From Phoronis australis (taxonomy: Eukaryota > Animalia > Phoronida): a stretch of 64,000 nt of DNA. Positions 26,273-39,173 of this stretch are shown here, piece by piece. Made by a program: the position numbers and the translations under genes. The stretch lies in assembly GCA_002633005.1 (NCBI GenBank), contig NMRA01000019.1:1533759-1597758 (forward strand). Reading direction: 5' to 3'. The notes beneath the pieces were generated by a model. The model had not been told where the DNA came from. It saw only the letters and a program-made list of their open reading frames with translations, and made no database searches. Position 1 is the first letter of the stretch, and every line of letters starts with the position of its first letter.

Positions 26273-29200
26273 TCCTGAGCTTCATTTGTTAGTGCATTTT
26301 GGAACTATAATCCAAACATTTTATAGACTGATGTTGTTAATGAAGTCGTAGGCAATATGGCTACATTATTTTAAAATAAACACACTTAGATATCAGCTAT
26401 ATTTGGCATTAGGAAACACTTGTTTTTCCAAAAACAAACATTACGCTTACACGAGATTTTGATAAATTTCATAATTTTAAATATCAGGTCTTTAGTACTT
26501 TCTTTGTTAGTAGTGTTTTAGAAATTTGCATAACGCCAATCTAACATTGATCAAGAGTTGGCGAACTGAGAGCATTTTTAAGTCAGTCAAGAAAATTAAA
26601 GTGAATCCAGACATTTCAAGATTAAAACCAGTCTTACGTTTGTTACCTTATCATAGTGATTTTGACCACTCGAGCAAAAACATATCAACTGGATTCATTG
26701 CATTGCTGTTTTGATTTTGTTTTAAGGAAGGTTTTTTCTAAAATTAAAAGTGTCTGCATTGTGGCTATTAAATGAAAAAGTACGTCGTCCCTACTGTAAC
26801 TAGAACCGGCATTAGGCAAATCTTGACTAACAGGATTTGCACGCGAGTAGACCAAAAAGTGAGCGATAGTCCTTATGGTCTTGACTTAACGAGTTGGATG
26901 AGATAAATGCGGTCGTAAACCCACACGCGTATTTAGCGTACGAGTTCCAAAGTCAGAAAACAAATAATAAGTAAGACAAACGACCAAAATGAGTGTTTTT
27001 AAAATTTAAAAATAACAGTATCCATTTTTGAATTTCTAAAATCGAGGCATTATGAAAGAAATTAGAGAATAGAATTTCTAAGCCAAGGGCATTAATTTGT
27101 GAATCTATTAAGACTGGTTAGTCACTCTCTGGCTTAGACTCACGTAGACGTTGGGGTAACAATGATTCCACGTGTTAGCGTAGGAGCTGTCTCATGGGTT
27201 AGAAAACAACAGCAAGGTTTTTCAAAAAAATGTTTGTTGATGCTTGTAATGTTTTCAACGGATTTCAACATAACTGAAAAGCTTAAGAATTCTCCGAGTA
27301 CAAGTTTCATTATATTCATCAATCAGTGCGACCTACTGTAGTTGCACACAATATGTCAGTGAGCTTTTGCGCTCGACGGAAGACGCTGCAAATTGTGGCA
27401 CCACATCTTTGGAACTAATTGGCATATTCTGGGTTCAAAACATCTGCTTTTTACCCAAATGTACAACATATAATGCGCTGACTTTTCAAATATTACATGC
27501 TTGAAGACGTATATACTCGTACTGGAAAAATAAAGTTGTCCGCCCCTAGGATGAAACTGTAAGGCCCACGCGGGACTGTCAGACCAACTAAGCGCGGGCC
27601 ATCAATTTAGACAGTCTTTCGGTTTGTAAATGGAACATCATGAATCGTTTTGTCTTCGAAATTGCAATACTCTCGGCTTTCAAAACACCTGTTTGGCTGC
27701 TTATGAAATTGACACAAGTCTGAAGAAATTTTAAAGACCGGCCGGGTGAACATGCTCTCCAGAGAGCGACCAGCTGAAGGCCTGGGTTCACTGAAAACCT
27801 TAAAAAAATCAATCGATTCGCTTTTATTCAAGCGCTGTGTTATTTGATGGATTGTCTCAAAGTATAAAATATCAAACTCGTCTGTTTCTCCGGCTTCCAA
27901 CGCAATATACAACAGCGGAATGGAGCCGGAGGACTGGTATTGGGCAGATTATATATGTCAGTTTCTGAGCCCCACGCTTAATTCAGGTGATTTATTGTTA
28001 CCAATTTCACCAATTATTTGGGTCGACAAACATGTAGGTTAAGACGATCTCATAGCTTCAGCCTGGAGTTCGGGCACTGCCATACACAGACATTAATTAA
28101 AGTTTATCTGTTCTATCCAACATGACTGGAGGCAGCGACGCTAACTCACATGTAAGCCTGTAATAAATCTGACTGGAAAGAAATTGTTCGACAGATGTCG
28201 CTTTAGATGTCCCTAACTGCGCTGTTACCCTGGCACACAAAACCAAGCGGGAAAAATAAGTTGGAATTTGAGCAACCATCCAGGCCTAGAATGAACGACA
28301 AACATCGGCAGGTAATCCATAATGTCTCACATGAAACTCGACTGTCGTGGACTTCGACGGTTGTTTTCTGTCACTTCGCTTGACTTGTTGAAATCAATGA
28401 AGAATTTCTAGACGTAGTAGTCATGTATACTCGGGAACCCAATTGGCAATGGTCGTCCGCCTAAGGCCCTAAGGCTAAGCATAAAACCGGCTTGTTGTCG
28501 TACTCACCCAATTATTCCACTTCAAAGTTATGCTCTGAATAGGATTTGATTTAACTCTCACAAATATATAGTATTCGTTGATTCAAACGTTTTCTTTTAC
28601 TTATGCGGTGTTGTTCAACTGTGCATTGCTTTTCGACAGCCATTTTATATTTTTATAATGACTCCCAGCCATGTCGTCATATGCTGCCGCCTTTTGAAAG
28701 AACAGAAAACCACACAGAAAAAAGCCAAGAAAATAGTGGAAAGTGGTTTACAGCAATTCTACTTCAACCACAAACTGTTTTACTAGCATGATATTGATTT
28801 TTATATCGCTTTAAATTGATTTAGAATTTCAGATCTGGAAAATAAATCGCAATTGTTTTATTCCAGATAGACCTTACTTATTTTCTGTTTGTGACCTCTT
28901 TATTTGACTTTTTGCTCTTGTTGTTCTTAACACTACTTATCTCTGCTGTCCTTCTTTTTCTTTTCGGGTTTTCTTCATTCTCTGTTAGCATCTTGTCAGC
29001 CAAAACCGAACTGTAACCCTTTGAGACTTGGTCGGCACAAGTTGATCATTGAACCTCGATACAATTGTTCTAATAAATTAGCCATAATCATATTGTTTGA
29101 TTTTTTTCTCGTCTTTAACAGGCTTCTGCAATCTTAAATAAACAAATAAATACCCAAGTTGCACTTGAATTTTATTGCTCAATCTCTTCTTTTATTTTTG

Positions 29201-29699
29201 GTTAGTCATGCTGTGTTGTATGTAACAATGCAATATAGTGAAATAAAGTCAATGTTTTACTTTATTGGTGGCCATTCTCTATCAATTCAAGTATTTTAAT
29301 TTTCTTCAAATAAATTCCAAATGCTCTAACCAAAAATTTCAACATGAATGTTGAGCTCAGTACTTCGTTTTGCAATAAAAAAACAAGTGGACAATATTTT
29401 GATGACCAATGCGTGAGCCGAAACTGTTAAGCACCCAGCGTGTTGCATTTGTCTCCTGCGTTTTTCCTTTGGCCTAACAGGTGTCAGTTAGTGCCTGGGA
29501 CAATTAGATACATTGCATAAACAATCCCTGAGTTGCTTTTTGTTCCGTCCGAAGAAAATTTAATTTCGAAAATATCTTCTGAGAATGAACAAAAATGTGC
29601 ATTAGTAAAATCTACAAGTTTTAAAATGGTCTCAAAAAAACAGCCGGTATATGCATTAACTTTAGTCTTAGTTCTTCCATGCGTGTTTCTCCTGAGAGG

Positions 29700-29810
29700 T
29701 TAGTACCTAACGTGCAGACGAGCACTCCTATTGGAATGCTAAGTTCCGCGTGGCTGCGCTGCATGCGAAAGAAGATGGCGGACGACCTTTGGAGCCTGAC
29801 GACGATAGGT
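29700..29810 (+). promoter_or_regulatory. Probable HAUS1 promoter/first-exon region
   Basis: Local CpG-rich patch with AAGATGGCGG (YY1-like motif overlapping an ATG at 29775) and a candidate donor AG|GTATCC, 1.4 kb upstream of HAUS1 exon 2. The phase does not match exon 2. Confidence 0.4.
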
Positions 29811-31233
29811 ATCCGCACTATACTGTAGTAATAGCCGAGTTCGGAGTAGGAAAATTACATCGCCCTGGAAGCCGCAGGCATACAGGGGCGATAATACATC
29901 TCGTGGTAATTGTTTACAATATGAAAACATTGACAAACACACATGATTTTGGTATCGTTTGATTCCTTGCAACGTTATCTTTCCAAAAATGTATGAATGT
30001 TTCCCCTACCGCGTATGGTCCGTATTTTATCCTCGAATTTCGGTTCGCACTATTTCCTGGTTGACACCACCATGTTAGCTCAACTCAAGATTACAGCATC
30101 ACCTGTTGTTAAAGAATGAAACAGCATCATCGACTCTTAATGGTGTTTGCCCGCACCGAGATTCCCATTTAAGTTTTCCTGACACAATATGGAGTACAAG
30201 TAGCAGCATTTCACCTTTTCTATTTTTTTCTAATTGTGACCATTTGACCATTTTCCACGAAATTGTCGAAAGTGATACCCTTTTCACCAATTTGGACCTC
30301 AAAAACAACCTTCGCTTTTTTTCGCAGATTCTTGCTTGCAGATGCGTACCAGGGTCGCCATAGGATCAAATTCAAACCCTTGGAACCGTAACTGGGGCAG
30401 GGGATAGGCGGGTCTCGGTCAGTATGAACTTCTGAAAAGTGACGATCTGCAGAAGTCGCGGAAGATTAGTTCAGATTTTGACTGCCAGGGGACTCCTTCT
30501 ATTCATGAAGCACCTATAGGAGCTAAGCCGTCCTACTGGTGGTGCCAGTAGGATGGTAGTCACTGTCTGTATTTGGGTCTGTTTCATGCAACTGGACACT
30601 TGGGCCGACTTTGTGTTATGCAGTTATGGCTTTATGGGCAACATGTAGCCCCTCGGCTGGCTGTCTCAGGGCTACAGTACTTACCATCACTTTCAGTACA
30701 CTAATTGTAAGAGAGTTTTAGGCAAAAGCTGCTGACTGAATAAGAGGTTTTCACATCCCTGGTTCTTCAAAAATACATTATTATTACATTCAACATTATC
30801 ATGTTTATGTCCTTCAGCTATCCATTCTTTCTCTTCACATATCTTCCACGAAGCATAACTTCAGGAATTATGATGACTTTGGGGAAGAATTCCAACTCTA
30901 ATTTTTTAGTCGCTGTTAACTTTTCCACTGCGTGCTATAGCCACAAAGCGTACGTTAAGCATGAACTAGAGCAAGACTTAGTGAAGCATGTGACCTGGCG
31001 TTTTACACTTGTAAAAAATAGCATGGCAAGATATCTGTTGGAATTTGTAAGATTTTGTATCCCTTGGACTTTTTGTTCGTGAACTGAAACTGGCACCTGG
31101 GACAGATTTTCATGGAACCGATGTGTTCAGTGATCAATGAAGCATTGCTTAAGGTGTCACATGTGCTCTTTGCACTAAACTCTAAGCTGCTCAATTTAAG
31201 CAGGAACTGTACTGTGTCCCTTTTCTGTCTTAG

Positions 31234-31408
31234 GTTCGTGAGTGGCTCTCCACCTTATTTGTGGATGGCAAACAGCCACAGTATGAGATTGGAGAGAGAC
31301 CTTTGGAGATCTTAGACCTGTTGAAGTGCCGTTGTGATCAGCGGGAGAAGGACACACGACATATCATTGAAGACTTGAAGCGCAAGACTGAAGAGTACAG
31401 GGTAGAAG
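31234..31408 (+). CDS. HAUS1: HAUS augmin-like complex subunit 1, exon 2
   Basis: AG/GT-bounded, 175 nt: VREWLSTLFVDGKQPQYEIGERPLEILDLLKCRCDQREKDTRHIIEDLKRKTEEYRVE, compared with human VAAWLKKIFGDHPIPQYEVNPRTTEILHHL...VIEDLKQKASEYESE (from recall). Confidence 0.92.
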
Positions 31409-32039
31409 GTTCAGTAGTTAAATTGATTTTTGCACAAATTAGTTTCAAAAAAAATATTTCCCTACCCTCACAAAAATGTTGTCAAATATAGTCAGTATCT
31501 TAACTGTTTGAGATAGTTTTATTATAGTCTCAAGAATGGCTCAAGGGATTTTAGTTAATCTTATAATGTTTTTGATACAAAGGTATCGACACTAGATTTG
31601 GTTTTCAAGAAAAAAAATGTTTATCTGTTAAAACAACTTGAAGAGTTTCGCTGCAACTTCCTAGTAGGGAAAGACACAACAACCACTGGATAGAAGGACA
31701 TGCTCTTCTATAACCTTAATTTGGGAACAGTCACGTGATAAGGTGATGTAAATGCACATATTTCACCAAAGTTGTGCCATTGATATTTGTATGCTTTCAC
31801 AGATTTGTTTGAGGAACAGTTCTTGCTAAACCGTGAATTCCTTTTTCTGTCAAAAACATGCCACGTGATCATTGGTGAATGGTATGGAAAAATGTTTGAT
31901 TTCAATAGCTATGACCATTTCATGTTTGAAACATTAAAATCTGGTATTTTTCTAATCTCGGCGGAAGGAATAAAATTATCATTTTCATGCGCTCACAATG
32001 TGCATAATGTGACATTATGCATGTGGTCACATACTGTCA

Positions 32040-32800
32040 ACCCTTTTGTCCGGATGTCTGTGTATCCACTCGATATCTCAAAACCCCCTTGTTGTATTTT
32101 GATGAAATCTAGCGCAGGGGTGTTGGGCATTGCAAGATTTGTTCACGTCACTTTTCAATCTGTCCAACTTCTGGGTCAGGGGCCCTGGCATTGTCTGTGT
32201 TTTTGGGGGAATAGCGTTTCTGGATGATATCTAGACAAGGGATTGATGGATTTCCATCGAACTTGACACAAAGGTGTGTTATATCAATGCGCTGGTATGA
32301 ATAAATTCTGGGACAGATTCGACCATTGTAGCTTCTCTTAGTGGCAATTTTGTTCTTGGCTAGGTGCTTTTCAATAGTTGTTTTTGAGTAAAGAGCATTT
32401 CCGGATGATATTTAGAGAAGCGATGGGTGTACTACTATGAAACTTGACTCAGAAAAATGTTAGGAATATGCGGCATCACCTTTTCAGATTCGACTACTGC
32501 AGTGCCTCCTATTGGCTATTTTGTATGAGAGCGTTTCCGAGTGGTATCTACTGAAGGGATTGACGGATTTCAATGAAATGTGGCACAAAGATGTGTGATA
32601 TCAATGTGCCGGCACCAATAAATTTTGACCATGGGAGCACCTCCCAACATTTCAGGGCTTGCATTTGAATTTCTCATAGCTTTCTATTTTTTTCCTCAAC
32701 AGATCTATTTTCGGAGGTCACTTGACCCTAAAAAATTACCCTGATCTTTTTGTGTCTTGCTAATTATTGTCATAAATAAGCTAATAATAAGTATTTTGCT
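32040..32800. repeat. Interspersed repeat with diverged internal tandem units (non-autonomous Helentron/HINE-like)
   Basis: Recurring GATATCTA...GATTG.(T/C)GGATTT...GAAA(C/T)TTG.CACAAAG modules at ~32070, 32226, 32407 and 32565, after a GTCCG/GTCTG-type start. Confidence 0.45.
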
Positions 32801-35800
32801 ATATTATCAACTACGTGCAATCACACGAAGCCTAAACGTTCTAAAAATATTGTTTGACCAGTAGTGCAATGTCGACCTCTTGGGGTCAAAGGCCATCTCC
32901 TGGATATCATGGTGCCGTACATCTTTCACTAAAAAGTGCTAAAAATTTCGTCACATCAAAGTTTTCAATAAATATTAAAGTAACTTCAGATGGTCTTTTA
33001 ATTTGTTTCTCAATACTATTGACCAATGTTTTAGATCCTAGGGATTATTCGTTAAGTCAGTAATCACGTGACATACAAACTGAAAATCTATATGTCCTTC
33101 ACGTATGTCTGTCACACACATGAAATTACAAGTTTTCAGCGGATTGTTCGAACCTCCCCTCGACATCAACATCCCACGACCCCCTCAAACCCAAACCCTC
33201 ACTACCCACGACCCCCTCAACCCACAACCTTATTGACCCACTCTACACAAGCTCGACTCGATCTGATCATGGAACAAGTGCTGACTTGCAGGACCAACGA
33301 GTTGGGCCATAAGCTCAACTGGCTTTTCTCCATTTTTTGCAATAAAGCGAGTCGATTCCACAAGTTTGAAAGCCAAAAACAAAACAAAACAAAAACAGAG
33401 CGACCAAATCAAATAAAAATCTACCAACATTAAAAATGCTGTTACTGGCAGTGTAATCGTCTCGTTTGCTCTTCAATGAATTGCAGTGTATTCGTCTTGT
33501 CTGCTCTTCAGTGAATGGCAGATTCAAGTTTTTTTGGTTGAAAGGGCGAGGAACTGACAAATATTTAGTTTCTTCAGTAAATACAATTTGAAAAAACAAA
33601 CTGTTAACTAACAAGTATCCCAACGTTACATGGACTATATTGTAAACAAATATACAACAGAAAGCAAATAATAAAAATGTGAAATTATATCTGTATTCAC
33701 GGTTAAAGTACTCTCTCCCTAAGTTTAATAGAACTGGGCCATTGTTAGCTGGTTGTGGTAATGATAGTATGCTCACAATTTGCTAGGTCATGTTATTATA
33801 ATAAGTAATGTTCTTTTTTATCCACCAGTCTTCAGCCAGAGCAGATTCACGCGTAGAAAAGTCTCGTGGGAAAGTCATTCAGCGACAAAATATGATTGTG
33901 AAATGTGTAAAAAGGGGCGAGGGGTTTTTAGAACAATCCGTTTTCAGCCTGTAAGAATAACCTTTGGTCTTATTTTTACTTTCCAAACTTGCAGAAGATG
34001 GAGTTTATCTCCCACCCTAGAACCTAAAAAGATTAAATTACAAAGACAGTCATAAAACCATGTTGTAGCTCCTGGTTTAAACTAGATGCACTGTACTTTT
34101 CATTTTTTAAAGTTTTATTTGCTTTCTGGTTTCTTCTACTTGTTCTCAGGAGAGTTCAACTTGCTAAAATTCGACAGTTGGACCACATCATAGAATATAA
34201 TTAAACAAAATGTTAATATAATAAACATAATGTTTTTGTGTTAGTGCCCTATGTTTGTAAAAAAATTCCGAAAACTCAAAAAAATACCATCATGGATCAT
34301 GAAATTCATAATTGAATCTGTCTGAACCATAATGTGAGTGACCTTAATTTAATGCCGTTTTTGAAATTGAAAAGAGGACAGTATGTAAAAGCTAAGTGAA
34401 AAACTAAATCAAACTGACCACTAAGGACCAACACTTTATAATTTTAGTAGCTCCACATATTAATCGGTAAAAATCCTAATTTTTTGTAATTCAATGTCTG
34501 CCTTAACACACCAACACAGCGCCGCCTTTTTCGATCAAAATTCGAATGCTACAAGACGATGATGTCAGCTAAACCATGCGCAACTACTTGTTTGCGCATA
34601 GTTTGTTATAAGAAGATACTTAAAACCGCACCTTTATTGTGAACATGAGCAGGCATCAAAAGTATCGGCGACATGTGCAAGACAAGTGTGTATAAGCTTA
34701 GGCAAGTCCTGTTATAAAAGATGAATAATTAAAATGCATTTTTATTACAATGATGTTTAGTAATGTTTAAAAGAGTTCCCCTCATGACCCTGTGTCTCAA
34801 AAGGAATTTTATTAATTCTTCTTAGGAGATTTAATAAGCCCACAGAAAACTGCCCTTTTCAGACATAAAACGGTGTGTTTGTGGAGGCTGTATCAACAGC
34901 AACTTGACACTTTTGACAGAGTACGTGTCTGTGTTCAAATTTCTTAAAAACGTGAAAGTTGCTCAGAAATGGCGTCGGTTCGTGCACAGTACGAGAGTAT
35001 GGAATGTCAGTGTGGAAGATGCGATTCTGATCGGCTGTGTTCCGCCTTTACAACTGATTGTCAAGTGACCAAATGTGATGCTTGGAAGAATGCAATGAGA
35101 GCAAACCTTCAGTAAATGCATAATTTCCCTCAAATGTCGGAGACTGTGACAAAAATTGTTAAACCTTTTTTGTTTATGTTTTGTTACTGCATACTTTCTC
35201 ATGTTTGTAACAGTCAAGAGCGAGTTACTAAACTGAATCCATGCATTATTAGTCTGTCCAAGAACAGCAAAATCCAAAATCATCAACACGTACATGTGGA
35301 ATGGAATTGTCAACTGAGGTAATGCATGTAATCTGAATTGGTTGTCAAAGCTAGGCTACACGGTTTCGAACTTAAGTACTGACTGCAGTTGTGATTTATC
35401 TGATGACTCCCAGTGAACTGTTGTTAATTTGGTTGGAGTCAACAAGATCCTTGGGTGGATAAGTATTAGTGATGTGTACTGTTCATAAACCTGTCATCTA
35501 AAAAATAGAAGAATCCATCACTGACCTGAGGCATCCAAATGCTGAGAATGTTTATTATTTTTCACTAAGTATTACAAATGGTGCATAGCCCACCCTCATT
35601 TGCATCTGGTTCGTCTGTCAATTTTTCTCACTCGTGTAATCAATAATGTGAAAAGTTCATATTTTTTAGACTGGTTTCAGTGCGACAGTATACCAGTTTG
35701 AGTCGTTTAGTGTATTTGAGTTAAAATTTACTTGTACCTGGAAACGAGGCATGCTAAATGTGGAATTTCCTGAATTGGTTTAGTGAAATTTGAAAAAACT

Positions 35801-35842
35801 TGTGCCATGGTTTATTTATTTCTCACCTTTTCTCTTGTCCAG

Positions 35843-35975
35843 CTTTCAGATTGCGAGGTATTCTTAACCAACTGGGATTGCTTCCCTCTAGTCTGTCTCA
35901 GTCTGGTGCTGTCAGCTTGCGAACACTGTCAAACTTAGCTCTTCAACTTGACATCAGAAACACCTCGGAAACAAG
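35843..35975 (+). CDS. HAUS1: HAUS1 exon 3
   Basis: 133 nt, phase 1 to 2: AFRLRGILNQLGLLPSSLSQSGAVSLRTLSNLALQLDIRNTSET. Canonical splice sites. Confidence 0.92.
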
Positions 35976-35999
35976 GTAGGACGTGATCACTTATATAAA

Positions 36000-36692
36000 A
36001 ATGCTATATCACATGTACTCGTGCTGTATCACGTGTACTCGTGCTGTATCACGTGTACTCGTGTGATATCACCTTAGCTCGTGCTATAACGCTTGTCCTC
36101 GTGCTATATTGCGTGTGCTCGTGCTATATCGCGTGTGCTCGTGCTGTATCGCTTGTCCTTGTGCTATATCGCGTGTGGTCCTGCTATATCGCGTGTGCTC
36201 GTGCTATATCGCTTGTTCTTGTAGTATGTCGCGTGTGCTTGTGCTATATCGCTTATGCTCGTTCTATATGGCGTGTGCTCGTGCTATATTGTGTGTGCTC
36301 GTGCTATATTGTGTGTGCTCGTGCGATATTGTGTGGGCTCGAGCTATATTAAGTTTGCTCATGCAATATCTCGTGTGCTCGTGTGATATCTTGTGTGCTT
36401 GTGCTATACCGTGTGTGCTCATGCTATATCGCGTTTGCTCATGCGATATCGTGTGAGCTTGTGCGATATCGTGTGAGCTTGTGCGATATCGTGTGTGCTC
36501 GTGCGATATTTCGTGTGCTCGTGCGATATATCATGTGCTCGTACCATATCTTGTGTGCCTGTGCCATATCGCGAGTGCTCGTGCTATGTTACGTATGTTT
36601 GTGCTATATCGCATGTACAAATTCTATATCACTTACTATTATGCTATATATCGTGCTCTCATGCTTTATCTTGTGCATTCGCGCTATATTGC
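36000..36692. repeat. 20-bp minisatellite (~34 copies) in HAUS1 intron 3
   Basis: Unit GTGCTATATCGCGTGTGCTC at strict period 20. It explains the Cys/Val-rich spurious ORFs here. Confidence 0.95.
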
Positions 36693-36932
36693 ATGATCTA
36701 ACACTGACATGATATGCATTTAGACCTGCTCATTAGAAAAGCAAAAGGATTCTATTTCTTGTCATGTTCATTCTTTAGTTTTAAAATAACATTTCTGCTA
36801 TTCCGTTTGAGTGTAAGTTAATTTTACTGCACTATTCACAAGGGTTTCATTTGAACCCAATCCGTCATTTCTGAGATCTGATTAAATTTGCAGCATAAGT
36901 TACCTGCCTCTTTATGTTTTAACACATTGCAG

Positions 36933-37067
36933 TTATCTCCTGGGGATGCGCAAGCTTAGTAAAAGTGTGATGGACGTGGTGGGTCGACGACGAGCTGAAC
37001 AGAGAGCCTACACACTCCTGCTGAGTAGAACTAAGTGTGCTATCAACAAAATGAACAGCCTGCGCAA
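36933..37067 (+). CDS. HAUS1: HAUS1 exon 4
   Basis: 135 nt, phase 2 to 2: SYLLGMRKLSKSVMDVVGRRRAEQRAYTLLLSRTKCAINKMNSLRK. Confidence 0.88.
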
Positions 37068-37739
37068 GTATGAAAAACGTGTTTACTCTAAAGTACATGG
37101 TTGAACAAGTTCAATAGAGTCGATGAGTCTCTCTTGCTGCGCCTCCTTGTGGCACATTTCTTTTTTTCATTTTCCTGCGTTTCTTTAAAGTTTCTTGACA
37201 GATTTTTATGAAATTTGGTAAATAGGTTGCTATTAAAGAAATAATGACATGTTTGGATGTATTCAATGTATTTTCCACTATCTAGAGGCCATTTCTATAT
37301 TTTTGGTATCCCTCCTTTGTCAACCAAACCACTTTAAGGGTGATTATGAAAATTGGCGTGTGTGTTTTTAGTTTGAAGAGGACGACTGGTGATGATTTTC
37401 AGATGACTCCTGACTACTGTGGCACTTCCTAGTAGCAGGTTTTTGCCTCTATGGCTGCATCTCTTAAACCCTCTACAAGATCTTTATTAAATTTTGCACG
37501 TGTATTTATATGAAATTGACAACATCATTTGTAGGCAACAGTTTACGGATCTGGCATTTCCTGCGTCACCCGGTGACCAGGTTAAAATTTTTTTGAGTAA
37601 GTTATGGATGGACACCAAATTGCTTTAAGGATCACTTATAAAATTGGGATATGTGTTCCTGATGATAAGTTCTAGGCTGCCATTGATTTTTGGACATATT
37701 CCACTCTGGGCCTCCAAGTGTTTTTTTTGCGTCCACGAC

Positions 37740-38830
37740 TTAGTAGTAGACTTAGTAGTAGTATCATTAGTAGTAGTGACAAGTACATTTATATCAAACA
37801 GTTATATAGGTATAACACAAGTCAGATGTATGCCTACCATGAATGCGACGGTTTCTAAGTTCAAAAACAGACTTGATATATTTGGCAAATTGCCTAGGGA
37901 AATACTGAATAACAGATTTAACGTATCTAATCTACTGAAATGAAAAATTATTAAACTGAATAGACCTCCGTGAGTTATAAAGAGAACAATCAAACATAAA
38001 ATGTACCTCATCCTCCACAGAACCAGAATCACAACACAAGCAAAAAAAGTCTTTCAGTTACAGGAGTGTTTATATAACAACCAGATTCCAAGTGCAATGG
38101 GAGATTTAGTGCTCTAAGCTGAGCCAGAAGAGATCACTCGGAACGAAATAAATTAATCTTTACTTATGGCTCAGTTAAAAACTCATGCTTAAATAAAATG
38201 TAGGTTCTTAGCTTTGGTTTTGTTACAACAGATTCAGCCCAAGCATGTTCCGCGCATTCAAATGGTTTGTTTCTAGGGTCTACTATGTTACAAGTAGTCA
38301 AATTTTGAAAACAGGATTGCATGCCAATTATGTTAAACAAATTTTTGATTCCGTCTACCCAACCCTTTCTACCAACATAGTAGTCCCATAGAAATACCTT
38401 CTTCAGTATCCTATCACCACCTGTGGTAACTAGTTTGTTCCAAAGATGCAGCATATTCAATTTAAATCTATTTCCGGTGGAGTCCCACCCCATATCGCCA
38501 CAAACAGCATGAGTGGCTGTAAATCGGTTGACCCCTAAATAAAAACGCATACACGTAGCTCTGTTTTGAATATTTCCATCATTACCAAAATTTTTGGAAC
38601 CCCAAACAGATGACCTTTAATCCAAAATTGGTGCCACACATGAATTAAATAATGTTTTAAACATTTCAAATCCTAGATTCTTGTCACGGAATGTTGAGCA
38701 TATCTTCCCTAACGCTCTACCAGAATCTTCAGATAACGCATTCGAATTTTCTTTGAAGTCAAGGTGTTGATCCAGAATACAGCCTAAATATTTGTATGAG
38801 GGTACCTCCTTTACTCTTTGTTTGATCTCT
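37740..38830 (-). mobile_element. 5'-truncated non-LTR retrotransposon (LINE ORF2 C-terminus)
   Basis: Minus strand gives the RT thumb motif YKYLGCILDQHLDF, then LFNSCVAPILD, AVCGDMGW, KPKLRTYILFK and the zinc knuckle CLCCDSGSVEDEVHFMFDC. A (CTA)n tail lies at 37740-37778. Contains stops and frameshifts. Confidence 0.88.
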
Positions 38831-38870
38831 GTGAAATGTAGCAGATGTGTTTGTATGGAAATGGCAACAG

Positions 38871-39173
38871 CAGGGATATCCCTGGACTGCGCCTTTGCGC
38901 CTGTAGCGCATAAAAAAAAGGCGCAAGTACATTGCAGCAGTGTCTCCCTCGGGCACATGTTTTGAAACACAATAGTCTTCCAAATATGTAAGATTTTAGT
39001 CAACTTACAGCCAGTCGGGTAAAACATGAATCTGTTCTTATTTCAATTGCCCTTCGGGCTTCTGTTTTATACCACTTTCATTGCACTAAGTCTGCTAGGC
39101 ACAATTTTTTGAAAAAAATCACACTTTTTGTCGTAAGGTGTGCCCAAAGGGCACAGGTTCAGGAATATCCCTG
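38871..39173. mobile_element. MITE with CAGGG...CCCTG termini
   Basis: ~30-bp TIR: CAGGGATATCCCTGGACTGCGCCTTTG versus the reverse complement CAGGGATATTCCTGAACCTGTGCCCTTTG. Flanked by the direct repeat CAACAG. Confidence 0.8.

Noticed and set aside
33315-33776. 153-aa hydrophobic minus-strand ORF
   Set aside because: Non-ATG start, AT-rich intronic composition and no recognisable motif.
36041-36712. Cys-rich ORFs resembling metallothionein or keratin-associated proteins
   Set aside because: They are translations of a 20-bp minisatellite in several frames, inside a HAUS1 intron.
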